Shown here piece by piece: positions 51,601 through 64,000 of a DNA stretch of 64,000 nt. Position numbers and translations under genes: made by a program. Position 1 is the first letter of the stretch. Every line of letters starts with the position of its first letter. Origin of the DNA: Zootoca vivipara (taxonomy: Eukaryota); the NCBI RefSeq assembly GCF_963506605.1, contig NC_083285.1, positions 39,618,001 to 39,682,000 of the forward strand. Reading direction: 5' to 3'. The notes beneath the pieces are model-generated. The model was given only the letters and a program-made list of their open reading frames with translations, did not search any database and was not told where the DNA came from.

Positions 51601-54600
51601 CAAGCTCTGCACATAATAAACGTGACTCTACCATCACTCTCTCCTCCCCCCACTTCCTCCCCAAGCAAGGACAGTGAGACTGTGGCTGAGTGAGCACACA
51701 TCAGCCCCACACCATAATCCCGCCATGGGAGCCGATGCCCAGCCGCAGGCAAGCAGCACGGGGTAGCAGTGCAAGGGCGGGAGCAGCCTTTCCTTAAAAA
51801 GGTCAACTTTGGGGTCCCCCCCCTTAAAAAAGGTTGATAACTCTGGGAAACCGGGGGGGACAGGGACTGGAGGGATCTTTGCACCACGGCGCCGGATATG
51901 CTTAAGATGGCACTGTCCAAGAAACTTATTTTAGGATTGGAACCTTAGGCCCAATCCTAAAAACATTTTTGTTGTGCGTAGCTTACTATTTATTTGTTTG
52001 TTTTTACGGATTTAACACAATTTATATACCACCTGATGTGCAATCACTTTATGGAAAAAAAACAAGAATTCCAAGCTGTTTGCAATGTTCCGAGAATAAA
52101 TCTGCTGTAGTTTTAGCTAGCAGGTTTGTTAATTATACATACAGTAACTGAAAAATATATACATACCGGTATTTGGAAGTCAGTTAGTCGTGTTGGTTTC
52201 CAGAGGACTTGGGGGGTTTGGAATCTGCAGTATAAGACTATTGATTACCCACTGGTGATGTTGGCAGGACTCAATCTGAAAAAAAAGTACTACTAAAACA
52301 TGAACATCCTAAACCTCTCAGTTAAATAAGTGGAGAGGCTGCTTCTGGGTTTTAACATCTATTGCATCAGCCAGTCTCATAGTCCATCTGTATCGCCTGT
52401 CCTCTCCCTGTGGAGGGACGAGCCTGGAACCTTGGACTATGTTGTCAACTGCCAGGACCCAAAGAAGACAAATTGTGTCCCATACATACACAATATCCCT
52501 AATTATATCACACCTTAGTACAGATTTTAATGGTAAGCCACTTTGAGAGCCCGCTGTGGCTGGAAAGCAGGATAGACATAAGATCAGTAATAAAATAAAT
52601 TGTTCAGCCTCACTCATCATGAGGACTGATCCTGTTGACTGTAATCCATGAAACTGGTAGTTTCCAAAAGATATTCTGAAGGATGCTGTCATTGCAACCT
52701 TTCTTGGAGGTTTTTAAGCAGAGGTTGGATGGCCATCTGTCAGGGATACTTTAGTTGATATTCCTGCATTGCAGAGGGTTGGCTCTTGAGGTCCCTTCCA
52801 ACTCTGATTCTATCAATCCAAACATCCCCAAGCAGCAGCTTCCTCATTGCTGCTAGTCTCTCCCTGCACAATGTGGCTATGTTGAATATGGTTTCCTTCT
52901 AATATGTGTATGAATGACATACAGAGTAAGATAGGCCTGTTGTATTAACAGAGTAAGTATTCTAGAGCAAGGGCATCCAGCATGGTCCCCTCCAGATACT
53001 ATGGACTCCAGCTTCCATCAGCCCTGGCAAGCACCATCGGCAATCAAGACTATAGAAGTTACAGTCCAATGACAGCTGGGAAGTACCACATTGGCTACCC
53101 CTGCTGCAGAACGCGCTGCAGAATTGTCTACATTTCTGCATAGTTGAGCTATGGCATCTCGATCACAATATGTAGTGATGACCACTATCGCGGATGACTT
53201 TGAAAGGGGAATCAATAAATTCATGGAGGATAAGGTCATCAATTGCTACTAGCAATGATGGCTGTATATTGCAACCAGCATCAGAGACAGTATGCTGGGG
53301 AGCATGGTCAGGGGAGTGCTGCTACACTCATGCCCTGCTTATGTTGTGGCTTTCCATAGGCAACTGGTTGGCCATTGTGAGTAAATAGCCCTTTGGTCTG
53401 ATCCAGCAAGGCTCCTCTTAGGAAGTTTAACTGCAAAGAAATGATTGAGCAAAATGTTCTGTGTCTCTTGCTGATATCATTGGTCCTTTCGGCCTAAATA
53501 TTGGTGGGGTTCCCATACTTCCGCATGCCATATCTCCGCTGTGTTCTGTGGTCATGCCATTGAGTAATGCTCTAGTTGCTTTGCAGGTGCGCTACAATCA
53601 ACAGCATGGGGCGTGGGGAAACAATGTCCTTCACCTGTGCAGGGATGCTGGGCCAGTATGTGACCATTACAATCCCGGGGAGATATGAGTTCCTCTCACT
53701 CTGTGAAGTGCAAGTTCTCGCACACCCATGGCTCCATGTGGGTGAGTAGATGACCTCTGTTGTGGATTTAATGTGCACAGCAAAGGAACATGTTGCTCAT
53801 GCGATGTGGGCGAACCAAATCACTGATTGTTTGAAAACCCCTATTATCACAACTCAGGTGAGAGAAGGCCTTCCTCCCTTTACCAGAGCTGACCAATGAA
53901 TAGATCATGTCAGTAGCTGCCAATGGGGCTGCACAGGTGGGGCTGCATTGCTCTCCCGTCTTCCCAACATTGTGCATCACTACAACCTCTGGGGGGTGGG
54001 CAAGGCAGTGGGAGTTTGGCACGGTGTGAGAGGAGCACTGGAACCAATCCAATGCTCTAGCTAATGCATGTATTTTGCACCCGCAGCACACAAAGTTCCT
54101 GCTGCCTTGCCTCCCCTTTTGGTAAGACGGCCGGGTGATATTCTATTCTATGTTAGTCCTATTCACCATTGAAATCAATAGACAGAACTTACTTAGGTTT
54201 CTTAATTTCAAAGGGTCTACTCTGGCTAGGACTTTGTTGGGCGCAACCCCAGGAGAGCAACACAGCCCCACTGGCTGCTACTGGAGAACTATACAGTGGT
54301 ACCTCTGGTTAAGAACTTAATTCGTTCTGGAGGTCCATTCTTAACCTGAAACTGTTCTTAACCTGTAGCACCCCTTTAGCTAATGGGGCCTCCTGCTGCC
54401 GCCGCCACACAATTTCTGTTCTCATCCTGAAGCAAAATTCTTAACCCGAGGTACTATTTCTGGGTTAGCGGAGTCCGTAACCTGAAGTGTCTGTAACCTG
54501 AAGCAGCTTTAACCCGAGGTACCACTGTATGTCTGTCGATGGGGAGTAGAAGCTTCTCCTACCTCCAAATCTACTCTTCTGCTGGAACTTCACCTCTCCC

Positions 54601-56148
54601 TTCCCGTTCCTGATGTCCGACAACCCACAGTTTTGTTACATACATTTGGGTTGTTGTTTTTTTTAAAAAAGCAAATAATTTATTAAATTCATACAACCCA
54701 CACAAAATTTAAACATCAAGAATATTTCAGAAGTTTACTATCATAGATAGATAGTTACTAAAAAGATTATATACTTTCAGCTCCTGTCAGACATAATCTT
54801 CATTTTGCTGAAAGCTGCTCTTAAATTTTCCCTGATATAATATGTTTCAGAACTTCATAGAGCTATGTAATCAATTCCCTGCCTTAAAATTTGCAACTTG
54901 CCCTTTACGTATTGTGTTGCCAGGTTCCGCCCACTAATGACACTAATAACTTCTCTGAACCTCTCTCTCTCAGCTGTTAATTTTACAGCATTTAGCTGTT
55001 TTGATATCTTTCTTACTAAGTCTCTGTTATTATGTTTCTGATTAATTATCCAGGCTTTTGCATATAGTGTTCTAGCTAGAGTTATAATATATATAACACT
55101 TGGTTTTGATTGGATGCTCTTATATGGTCTTTTACATAATATTTGACATGAGGAGGTCCAATGAATCTTAGTAGCCCGATATTTCATGAAGGACTGTAAT
55201 AACCATTTGCCTTATTTCATTTCCACCAAAGGTGAAAGTTTGGTTACATAACACTTGTGAGTAATGTGAATATTTTTCTCACCAGTGTCAGAAGCTCAGA
55301 CATGTCATTTCTTTTGCAGTTCATGATGGTGGACGGAGCCCTGTGAGAGACAGTGAAACTGATTTAGGTAAGTGCTCAGTTGTGTGTTGGACTATGACTC
55401 CCATCGGCTCCAGCCAGCCTGACCAATGACCAAGGATGATGGGAGTTGTAGTTCAGAAGCATATGGAGTGCCACAGGTTCCCCACTGCTTTGCTGAACAG
55501 TGATTTCCTGTAGAAGTGCTAATGATGTTTCCCCTTCCAGGTCTTCAGGGCAGAGTTCTGAGTTTCCTTAATGAATCGAAGGAGAGTTATGTTGTCATAT
55601 CTCCGATGCAGCCTCTGAATGTCATGGAATTCACGCTCTGCATGAGGGTCTCAGTAGAGGCTGTGAGTGACCGCAAAGTCATTCTCTTCTCCTACCGCTC
55701 TCAAAAGGACGAACTGAGGATCTTGCGTGAGGCAAAGGGCTGCTTTGGATTACACATGGGGGGTCAGAGTGTGATGTTTGCCCTCCCCGATCTCAGCACT
55801 TTGGGAAGTCATATGTGTGTCACCTGGGAAGCTGAGTATGGCCTCACCGCCTTTTGGGTGAATGGGAAAAGGAGCATCCGAAAAGTGCACAATGTAGGGC
55901 ATATTGTTCAGTCGGGGGGCACTGCAATGCTTGGATGGGATCAGAGTGCACAAAATGCATCCGAACAGCAGGAACGGCGTTTTGTGGGGGAAATAACAGA
56001 TCTCTACATGTGGGATTACGTACTGAAATCTCAAGACATTCAAGATGTGTTCCAGCTCCGCCAGTTTCCTAGAGGAAATATCTTCGACTGGAAAATGTTA
56101 TCGTACAAGATTACAGGGAATGTGCTGGTATTACCTAAGGACTACTAA
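48699..56148 (+). CDS. Secreted F-type lectin (fucolectin) domain + pentraxin domain fusion protein (Xenopus PXN1-like architecture), 402 aa, 6 coding exons
   Basis: Exons 48699-48759 (signal-like MLRNSAFLVIAALHWLITHK), 49724-49774, 50940-51225 (NIAVGK..SQSST..AIDG..PWWMVDL..ITNRGDCC), 53587-53741 (CATI..GQYVTITIPG..LSLCEVQV), 55320-55367 (linker) and 55541-56148 (pentraxin: FTLCMRV, HMCVTW, FVGEITDLYMWDYVL). All are GT-AG, phases are consistent, 1209 nt in total. TATAAG at ~48528, AATAAA at 56216-56221. The two small 5' exons are less certain than the domain exons. Confidence 0.88.
49198..49431. mobile_element. Tc1/mariner MITE in lectin gene intron 1
   Basis: TA|CAGTGCTACCTC...GAGGTACCACTG|TA. 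An inverted copy of the same family is at 54294-54527. Confidence 0.85.
49488..49640. mobile_element. Inverted pair of short repeats resembling Penelope-like element ends
   Basis: TAGCACCTTAGAGACCAACTAAGTT...TGTGCATGCACA facing CTGAAGAAGTGTGCATGCACACGAAAGC...TTAGTTGGTCTCTAAGGTGCTA. Single copies at 6730-6805 and 41640-41720. The family assignment is from memory. Confidence 0.5.
54294..54527. mobile_element. Tc1/mariner MITE
   Basis: TA|CAGTGGTACCTC...GAGGTACCACTG|TA. Confidence 0.85.
54650..55260 (-). mobile_element. Highly degraded L1-clade LINE 3' remnant
   Basis: Minus-strand residual peptide (..YIITLARTLYAKAW.., AVKLT) and TTTAATAAA-like tail, resembling the fragment at 10030-10745. Confidence 0.45.
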
Positions 56149-58818
56149 CACCCAAGGAGGATATGGGCATTATTAAGATATGCAGGAGATCTTTTGTCTT
56201 CCTCCTTTGCAAAAGAATAAACGAAAAGGGAAGGAGGGAAAGCACCACCTGAGATGTGGAAGCTCAGCTGGTGCCATTATTCACACTGCCTGTAATTGTT
56301 CACATTGTAGGATTGTTGACTGCCGTATGAAAATCCTTTCATACTGAAAATTGTTGAAGTAAATCATAAATTTTAAATAAAACAGCCCTATGAATAAACA
56401 AATTTGAAAATGAGATTTTAATTTTCTGTTTACTGTATTTACTCATGGCAAGCTGTCGTGTATATAAGAAAGACATCTCTATAACTGTACTAGGGGCTAG
56501 AAACTTATTGTGCATTTGCAAAAGAAAGCTGTGGATTCTTAAAACGTCTAAAAAAAACCCTTGTGGCTTTAATAAGGTTGCTCCAGGAGATGCTTTGAGG
56601 TGCAGCGAGCTTTGCCATTTTTAATTATTGTGACCATTATTAAAGTATGTGCACTGTTGCTGGCCTCAGTGTACTGGATAGTTTGAGTCACAAAAACCAA
56701 AAACGTACAAATGAGAAGCAAAGCTGTTCCTAGTGTTCCTGCAATCTAAACTGAAGTACTTAGGGGTGCAACAAAGGGAGACGAAAGAGTGACAAAGAGC
56801 ATTGACTATAGTCTCTAAGCCCACTGCAGGCTAAAGTTAAATAAAATTCAAAAACTAAGCTCTGTGGAATAATTATATGAACAAACATCATGTTATTCAG
56901 GACAAAATTATGAAGAATGCTGATGAAATTAGAAATAGGATAAATAGTATCTTTGCACTCCAATAAATTCCATCTGGGAACACACGGGAGATGGGTTATT
57001 GCTCATCCAGTTCAATTGAAAATGTTTTGAGCGGGGATTCAGGAATCTGACCAAGACTACGTACACACATTTTATTCTAGAATCAATGGAGACTTCATAT
57101 TTGTTTTTTCTACGTAGCCCACACTCAGTCTAGGTCTAGTGCGCCCCCCCCTTTTTTTTGCTCCTGAAAAGCACTTATTCAGAAAGTGGTTCCATCCTGA
57201 AAATAAAAGCTTGTTGCAGATTGATTCTGCATTACCTCACAGTGTGTCCATTTGAAAAGAGATGCAGGTGGTTCTGGCAATGGGGATTCAATCTGCACTT
57301 GGCCATATACAAAGATTGCAATCACCACATCCTTCTTCATTCACCTGGGGCATGTGCAGGGAGGAAAAGACAGGGACATCCTAATCAAGGGGAAGGTTTT
57401 CAAATGTGTATCAAGTAACCACACACCCACTTTGTCTGATTAATTTATATACACAGTCACCTATATAGAAAAACAACCTTTATATAGAAGACTGTCCCCT
57501 GACTGCTCTTTAGAAATATGGGGCTGGATAGCTCAGTTGCTACTTGCAAAGCGGTGGAACAAGCCGTGCAATTTGGAGCAGAGAAATGGCAGGAGAAAGG
57601 GAATACTTAGCCCTTCCTGCCCCCATAACGTTCCTCTTCTAGTTACTTCCCTGTCTGTTTGTTTTTACAGTCTGTGTATATTTGCCCCATCAAGTAGAGA
57701 AAACTAGCTTGGAAGGGAGGAAAGTACAACATCTCCATCCTACACACTGTTCTATAAACAGTCCTGGCCCCCAGTCCTACTGCTTTGTGGATGAGAAGGA
57801 GCTTCCTAGACCTAGCCCCTTCATGGCTGCTATTAATGTAGTTCCAAAAAGATAATGGCTTTTGATTTATCAAGATCTCCACCATTGTTTTCCTACCATG
57901 AGGTCTTCCAAGTTCTGTTCTCAGAAAGCTTCATTCATTCCTTTATTTGTAAACTACAGCTTCTTCTTCACTGTTACAAGTTGTGCTCAAGGAAACATGC
58001 AAAAGCCACATCCTTGGCACATGGCTACACAAAGGTCCTTTTCTGTTTTCAGGTTGTGTAACACTGACTTGGAACCCTCGAACAAAAAAAAACCCCTGCT
58101 CCTCTGCCCTGGCACATCAGAATATTTGCAATAAGGAAAATAAGGGGAAATGCACTGGGAATTGTAGTCCAAAACATCTAGAATAGTGGCTCCCAATTAG
58201 GGGGCCCTTGCCTCCTCCCCCCAACTATTTTTTTTGTCATTTTTGCATGGTAATATCACAAATTTTATGGTCTGTTTTAGCGCTATGTGATTTTTCACTT
58301 TATTGGACAAACGCGCTTTTGAAATCACACCACGATAATGATTTTGACCCGGCAAGACACAGCAATATATTGCTACTCGCATGAGGGAGAACAGAGAGCC
58401 GATCTCAAGGCACTGCCATAGCACACGATGACCTCAGCCAATAACGCTGCTGGTCTGAGCTGCCTTCCCTCAATCACACTGAGGGAGACCCAGGGCAGCT
58501 GATAATGCGGCAGCGCTCACCTCACGCGGACAGAGAACAGGGGCCAGGGCAGCTGATCGCCCTCACTACAAGGCACTGTGGCACTACTTTCCCCTTGGCA
58601 CTGAGGCAGAGCAGCTTTCCTCAGTCAGCAGGAAGCAGCAGCAGCCACAGTGGATGTGCATCTTGACAGCAGCTTGTCACCCACTCAAGCCATGCAGTGG
58701 AGGTGACTCTGTTTCTCTCCCCGCACCCACCCACCCACCCGATCTCCGTGACTGCTCCTTCCCTCATCCCTGCGCCTGATCTCTAATTTCAGACATTGCG
58801 CTATATCACGATGCTTAG

Positions 58819-59169
58819 GTAAAGGTAAAGGGACCCCTGACCATTAGGTCCAGTCGTGACCGACTCTGGGGTCGCGCGCTCATCTCGCATTATTGGCCGA
58901 GGGAGCCGGCGTATAGCTTCCAGGTCATGTGGCCAGCATGACAAAGCTGCTTCTGGAGAACCAGAGCAGCACATGGAAACGCCGTTTACCTTCCCGCTGT
59001 AGCGGTTCCTATTTATCTACTTGCATTTTGACGTGCTTTCGAACTGCTAGGTTGGCAGGAGCTGGGACCAAGCAACGGGAGCTCACCCCGTCACAGGGAT
59101 TCGAAACGCCGACCTTCTGATCAGCAAGCCCTAGGCTCAGTGGTTTAACCACAGCGCCACCTGGGTCCC
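58819..59169 (-). mobile_element. Sauria SINE, full length
   Basis: 14-bp TSD ATCACGATGCTTAG at 58805-58818 and 59170-59183. Confidence 0.9.
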
Positions 59170-59246
59170 ATCACGATGCTTAGCTGATGATATACCACGA
59201 TGTTGAAAACCAGTTATCGCTCAGCCCTAGTCTGCTTTTTTGTATA

Positions 59247-59524
59247 CAGTGGTGCCTCGCAAGACAAATTTAATTCGTTCTGTGAGTCAATACGTTTTGC
59301 AAAAAATGCGTCTTGCGAATCCCACAGGAATGCATTGAATTTTTATTTTTTTGCCCATAGGAACGCATTAATTGAATTTCAATGCATTCCTATGGGAAAC
59401 CGCGATTTGCTAGACAATTTTTTCACGAAACGAATTCGTCTTGCGAGGCAACCTCCGATCACAAAACCCATTCATCTAGTGAAAAATTCATCTAGCAGGG
59501 CATTCGTCTAGCGAGGTACCACTG
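59247..59524. mobile_element. Tc1/mariner MITE
   Basis: TA|CAGTGGTGCCTCGC...GCGAGGTACCACTG|TA, same family as 24990-25274. Confidence 0.85.
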
Positions 59525-62500
59525 TACCTAAAATCCATTGCTTATTAGGGGCTACCCCACTTCCCCCCCAAAAAATTGCTTTGCAGAGGTAACTACCGTA
59601 GTTATCAAAATTTTCAAAAATAGGGGGTCCATGGCTTAGCTTTTGAAAAAGAGGGGTCCTCAGTAATTAGCTAATTGGGAACCACTGATCAATGTACCAA
59701 GCTGGTGAAGGCAGCCCTAAAGGGTTGCCTTTATAAGCCTACCTCCACCCCTTCATTTGCAAAACCTTGCCCTTGATTTTCTTATTACTGTAATTTTCTG
59801 TGTATTGGATGAAGTTTTTTGACTCTAAATCCTGTCAAAAAACTGGGGCCGTCCAATACACAGATAGTGGCTTGGGGGGAGAAGTGGCGCACTGCTAGCC
59901 AGCTCGGTGGGAGCAAATTCCCCCAATGCCGCTGCACACGGGAAACTAGGGAGTGTTTCCTGCCTGCAGCTGCGTGCAGGGAGAGGCTCAACAACTTTGG
60001 GCCATCTCCCCTCATTTTCCTAAAATTGAGTCCCCCAAAATAGGGGGGGCATCTTATAGACAGAAAAGTACGGTAGTTACGTGGGGTGTGATGAGATAAA
60101 ATCAAATGTGGGTCCATAGTAGTGTGTACTTTTTGAGGGAGAAAGATTGTGTCTTTAGAATATTGTTTATAATCATGTCCCTTATCACTTCAGTTTAATC
60201 TGGTGAATTTAATGCAGACCTTTCCAGATATGATTGCACTTGGGAAATGCATGATAGAAAAGCAGAAGGATATAACTCACTTATGGGAAACAAACAAACA
60301 AACAACAACCGAACAACATCGTTGTAAAGATTATGAGTAATTCCAAATGTATGACGACCAATGTCTGCGCTAAATGGGTGCTTTGTGCAAAGTTAATTGC
60401 TGGTTCTTTGGAAAGAGGCTATGGTAAATATGACATTAAAAGCAGGAAAAAGGTCAATGATAAATAATCATACCATTGGTTGAAAATTCGAGGCATGTGC
60501 TTGCTAGGTTGTTAAAGCAAGAGCAAAGGGGGAAGAGGATTCCAGAGAAAATGCTTTCAGCAAGGGAGGTAGCTGTTCACTACCTGCTGTTCTGTACAGC
60601 AATTGTACTGTGAAATTGCTTTGAGATGCTGCCTAGGATACATAAAGGACATAAAGGACACCACCACCACTCCACTTAGCAATTTTTCAGTAGAGGCCTG
60701 GCTTCCCAAATCTGCCAGCTTTGAAGCTCAAACCAGTAGTAATCCTGATGGACTTAAAGACTTTTGCCCACCAGGAAAGGTGGCATATACATCAACCAGG
60801 TGGCTAGCACAGGTAGTTATAATCACATTTTTAATATGCTACCAGTGTGTCCACCTTAAATACCCTGTGCTGCCACTTGTATATGTCTGCATTCACCTCC
60901 AGCCAAGGAGGCTAGAAATTTGGCAATTCTCAAAATGCAAAAGTTTAAATCAAAACCCAAAATTCTCAGTTGCACAGAGGATTGCATTTTGCATATCGCA
61001 CCAACAGCTTTGCTTTTAGCCTTTCTCCTAGGGGTGTAATCATGTGCTTGTAAAACTGTCTGTAAACAGACAATAACTCTTCTAGAAACTTAGAAGTAGT
61101 GCTGAAGAGTGGACATTGGGCTTCTCCGTACTTACCTTTCCTCTGCGCTTCCCAGACACAGGGCTGCATTTTAAGCTCTATATCTGAACTGCTGAATTGG
61201 AACAAACAGCACTATGCAGAAAATCCAATTGCCATTTGTTGCACTTCAGCTTTAAAGAGCAGGTTTTTGTGGGGAATGCTCCAGGGCGGGAAAAAGAGTG
61301 CTTGGACACAGAGTTGTGCCTGGAAAGCACAGCCCCAAAGGTAAGTGTGCATAATCTGTGGTTTCTTATTCTTGCTGCAGCCTGCAGTTTAGCCAGTTTT
61401 GGAGGTGTCTGTGGTGCTTCAGGCAGTAGTTGTGACCTTTTCAGACAGCCTTCCTAGACAGTACATTCATGGTTATTTCTGCTCGTGATGGCACAGGGCA
61501 GTCCGACGAAAACTTGCTTTCAGTACTCTTTGTCCCTGAAATGTTTTGGGGGAGATACCCTGCTTGGTTTCCAATCAGCACATGTCCTGCAGCTTCCTGC
61601 TGAAATCCTGTAGCTTTGTATACTTCAAACGTCCCAGGTTATTGTTGTCTTGCCTTTGTTCCCTGTGGCAAGAGTGGTCCCTCCAAATGGCAATGATGCT
61701 ACAACACCAGGGAAGCATTGCAGAACCAGCAATAAAGCAAAATGACGCATGGATGGTCCACTATAAATCCCCTGCTAATGCATGAGTGATATGTTGCAGA
61801 ACACACCCACACAAAAACCCCATTCTGGAGGAGCCCTCAGGGAAGATGAAAAGAGGGGCTGAGTCAACCACTCATGCTTAGCTTTTCAAATCTCAGGAGC
61901 CGAATTGGTGAACTTCCTCAGTCTAGGTCAAACATTGTGTTTATGGTGATGGATACAGAAATTTTGCCCATGGTTTTGATCTGTGACAGCTGTTTCATAC
62001 ATATGCATTTTCCATATAGGAAAAAAAGACGCATATGCTTTTGTTGGTCATGTGTGTTGTTTCTTGTGCATTGTAGGTGAACTTGGGTAATTCATACAGA
62101 GGCGGAATATACAGTATATAATTTCAAAAGAAAATAAATACTTGAGGCTGTGGTCACCCCACATGAATGTGTGAAATAGCCTTAAAAGGCCGTGGAGTGA
62201 ACAACACTTTTCTAATAAGACAGAAGACAGTAAATATTTTAATTATTAGTTTTAATAACCTATATTGCATGTTTAATATTGTTTTGCAGTATGTTGTCCA
62301 GGGAATGTTTGTGGATGGGTAATGTAATGTAAACATGTAATGAATAAAATAAACAACCCTGGTAGGTTGCATCCCAAGGAGAGTACAGATCCCGCAACCC
62401 AGAAATTACCCTGGTATCTCAGCTGCCTTATTTTTCTTTCCGCATAGATTACATTTCATGGGACAGCAGAAATTGTCAAAGCAAGAGCGCCTATCTTTGT

Positions 62501-63559
62501 AGAAAGACACCACAAATTATCGTTAGTGGGTGCTAACAAGGAGGGACCCTGGCTGGCTGTCCAGAAGAACCCAGAGGGATGTCAACTCCTTCCATGACTG
62601 CTAAACTCACCTGCTACTCATCTATAGGCTGAAATCCCAAATAAACAGTAGAACTTGAAACTCTATGTGACTGAGTGTGTCGTCTGTTACAAGATGGGGA
62701 AACACATTCCTTGATTTTTCTTACCTATTTTATTTATTTAAATAGTCATAACCCTTACTTTTACAAAGTGGTGGTATACCCAGCAGAAATAATTTAGATA
62801 GCAAACAATCTCGGGGGTTAAACTCAAGAACTTCTGTGTGCTGTGGCCCTTCCTGTTGAAGATACTCACCTGTCCCACCTGTCTTCTGTCATAGAACCCT
62901 GTGATTCTCAGGTAGTCACATGTCCAGGCAGTTACTAAACCAACCTGCTTAGCAACCTCAAAGTGATTCAACACAATGAAAGGTTAATAATAGCACACTG
63001 ATGCATTTATTAATTTACTGCATTTATACCTCACCTTTTTCTTCAAGGAGCTCAAGGTGGCATACATGGTTCTCCCTGCTCAATTATGCTCCACAACAAC
63101 CCTGTGAGGTGGGTCAGGATCAGAGGCAGTGCCTGGCCAAAGGTCACCCAGTAAATTTCATGCCAGAGCTCCAGTCTCTCAGGTTAGTCTGACACAAACC
63201 ACTACACCATGTGGTACTGCGTTCTCTCAATACCTGTGGGGGTAAAGAGCAGCAGGTGGAAGGAAATTAAACCTGCCAACAAAATGGCATGTTTCCATGG
63301 GGCCCTTATCTTTGTCCCACAGCGAGCAAGAAAAAGCTGTCTTTAGTATTGGAAAGAATGTGAGTGGTGCTAGCAGATGAGTTGTAAGAAACCCACAAGG
63401 CATATGCTGCCAATATTGTAGAGTAAACAGCGCTTGAGTCTTCTATGTCAGAAAAGTCCACGAAGACAAAAACAGCACATTGTGCTTGCCTATCAGGTAG
63501 AGAGGGATGTGAGCTGAGGGATAAATAGCTCAGCAGTCGTCCTGTATCACAAGGGGCTT

Positions 63560-63752
63560 GTGACGTGTTGTATAAACAGGAAACAGGAAGTAGTACCTGT
63601 TGCTATTGTGTATCTGTATATATGACATCGTCTGTTTCTGTTCTGTCTGTTGTGTTGAAGCTTCCAGCCGGGATGGATCTGTCCAGTCCGGGCTGGTGTC
63701 AATAAATCTCTCTGTTTAAATGAACAAGGGAGTGAAAGTGATTTATTTCACG
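63560..63752 (+). mobile_element. Possible solo LTR
   Basis: Starts TG, has a TATATA box, a T/G-rich R-like region and AATAAA (~63701), and ends TTTCA. No convincing TSD or PBS found. Confidence 0.3.
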
Positions 63753-64000
63753 AGCACTGAAAGCTGGAAAGTTTCCGCTGCTACAAGCTGCAGTTTGAAC
63801 TGTTATCTAAACTTCAGAAGAAAGAATTCCGAGACGTTTAGAAACGAGGTTTGACTTTCGTGATAGAAGCAGAGACTGCGCAACGGGAGCGCACTGGACA
63901 GTTATCTGCTACGCAGCTTGGACTTGGATGCAGGCAAATAGATGCCTGACAAGCGTGCTAAGCAAGGAGTTTTTGCTACGCTTCTACAACTCTGCTAATA

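Noticed and set aside
51240-51920. 226-aa minus-strand ORF in lectin intron 3
   Set aside because: Spans a GC-rich repeat-like insertion, has no domain, and has a non-ATG start.
62860-62975. Weak 5S rRNA-like string on the minus strand (GCTAAGCAGG...TGGTTTAGTA)
   Set aside because: Too degenerate and partial. At most an old 5S-derived SINE fragment, not an rRNA gene.

Overview
Vertebrate genomic DNA, almost certainly from a squamate and probably a lacertid lizard, judged from Sauria-type SINEs and L2/CR1/hAT/Helitron repeats. It is the region syntenic with human 12p12.3. Gene order: a 4-exon osteocalcin-like Gla-protein gene (+, 1249-5159); C12orf60 (-, coding exon 9107-9901) with its paralog SMCO3 (+, 14330-15040) apparently nested antisense in an intron; WBP11 (+, 11 coding exons, 643 aa, 19486-31026); a small replication-dependent histone group, H3(-)/H1(+)/H2B(+)/H3(+), with no H2A or H4 in the window; and a 6-exon secreted F-type lectin + pentraxin fusion gene (+, 48699-56148, 402 aa). 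All exon structures were assembled by hand from GT/AG boundaries and phase. The most interesting observations: both ligand sites of the lectin-pentraxin fusion are degenerate; C12orf60 and SMCO3 align without gaps although one lacks the hydrophobic hairpin; the Gla protein has Lys instead of Phe at propeptide position -16; a divergent H2B without its H2A partner has both a stem-loop and an AATAAA; and the two H3 genes form a nearly perfect inverted repeat around H1-H2B. I found no CRISPR, tRNA or rRNA genes. There is one assembly gap (11859-11995).
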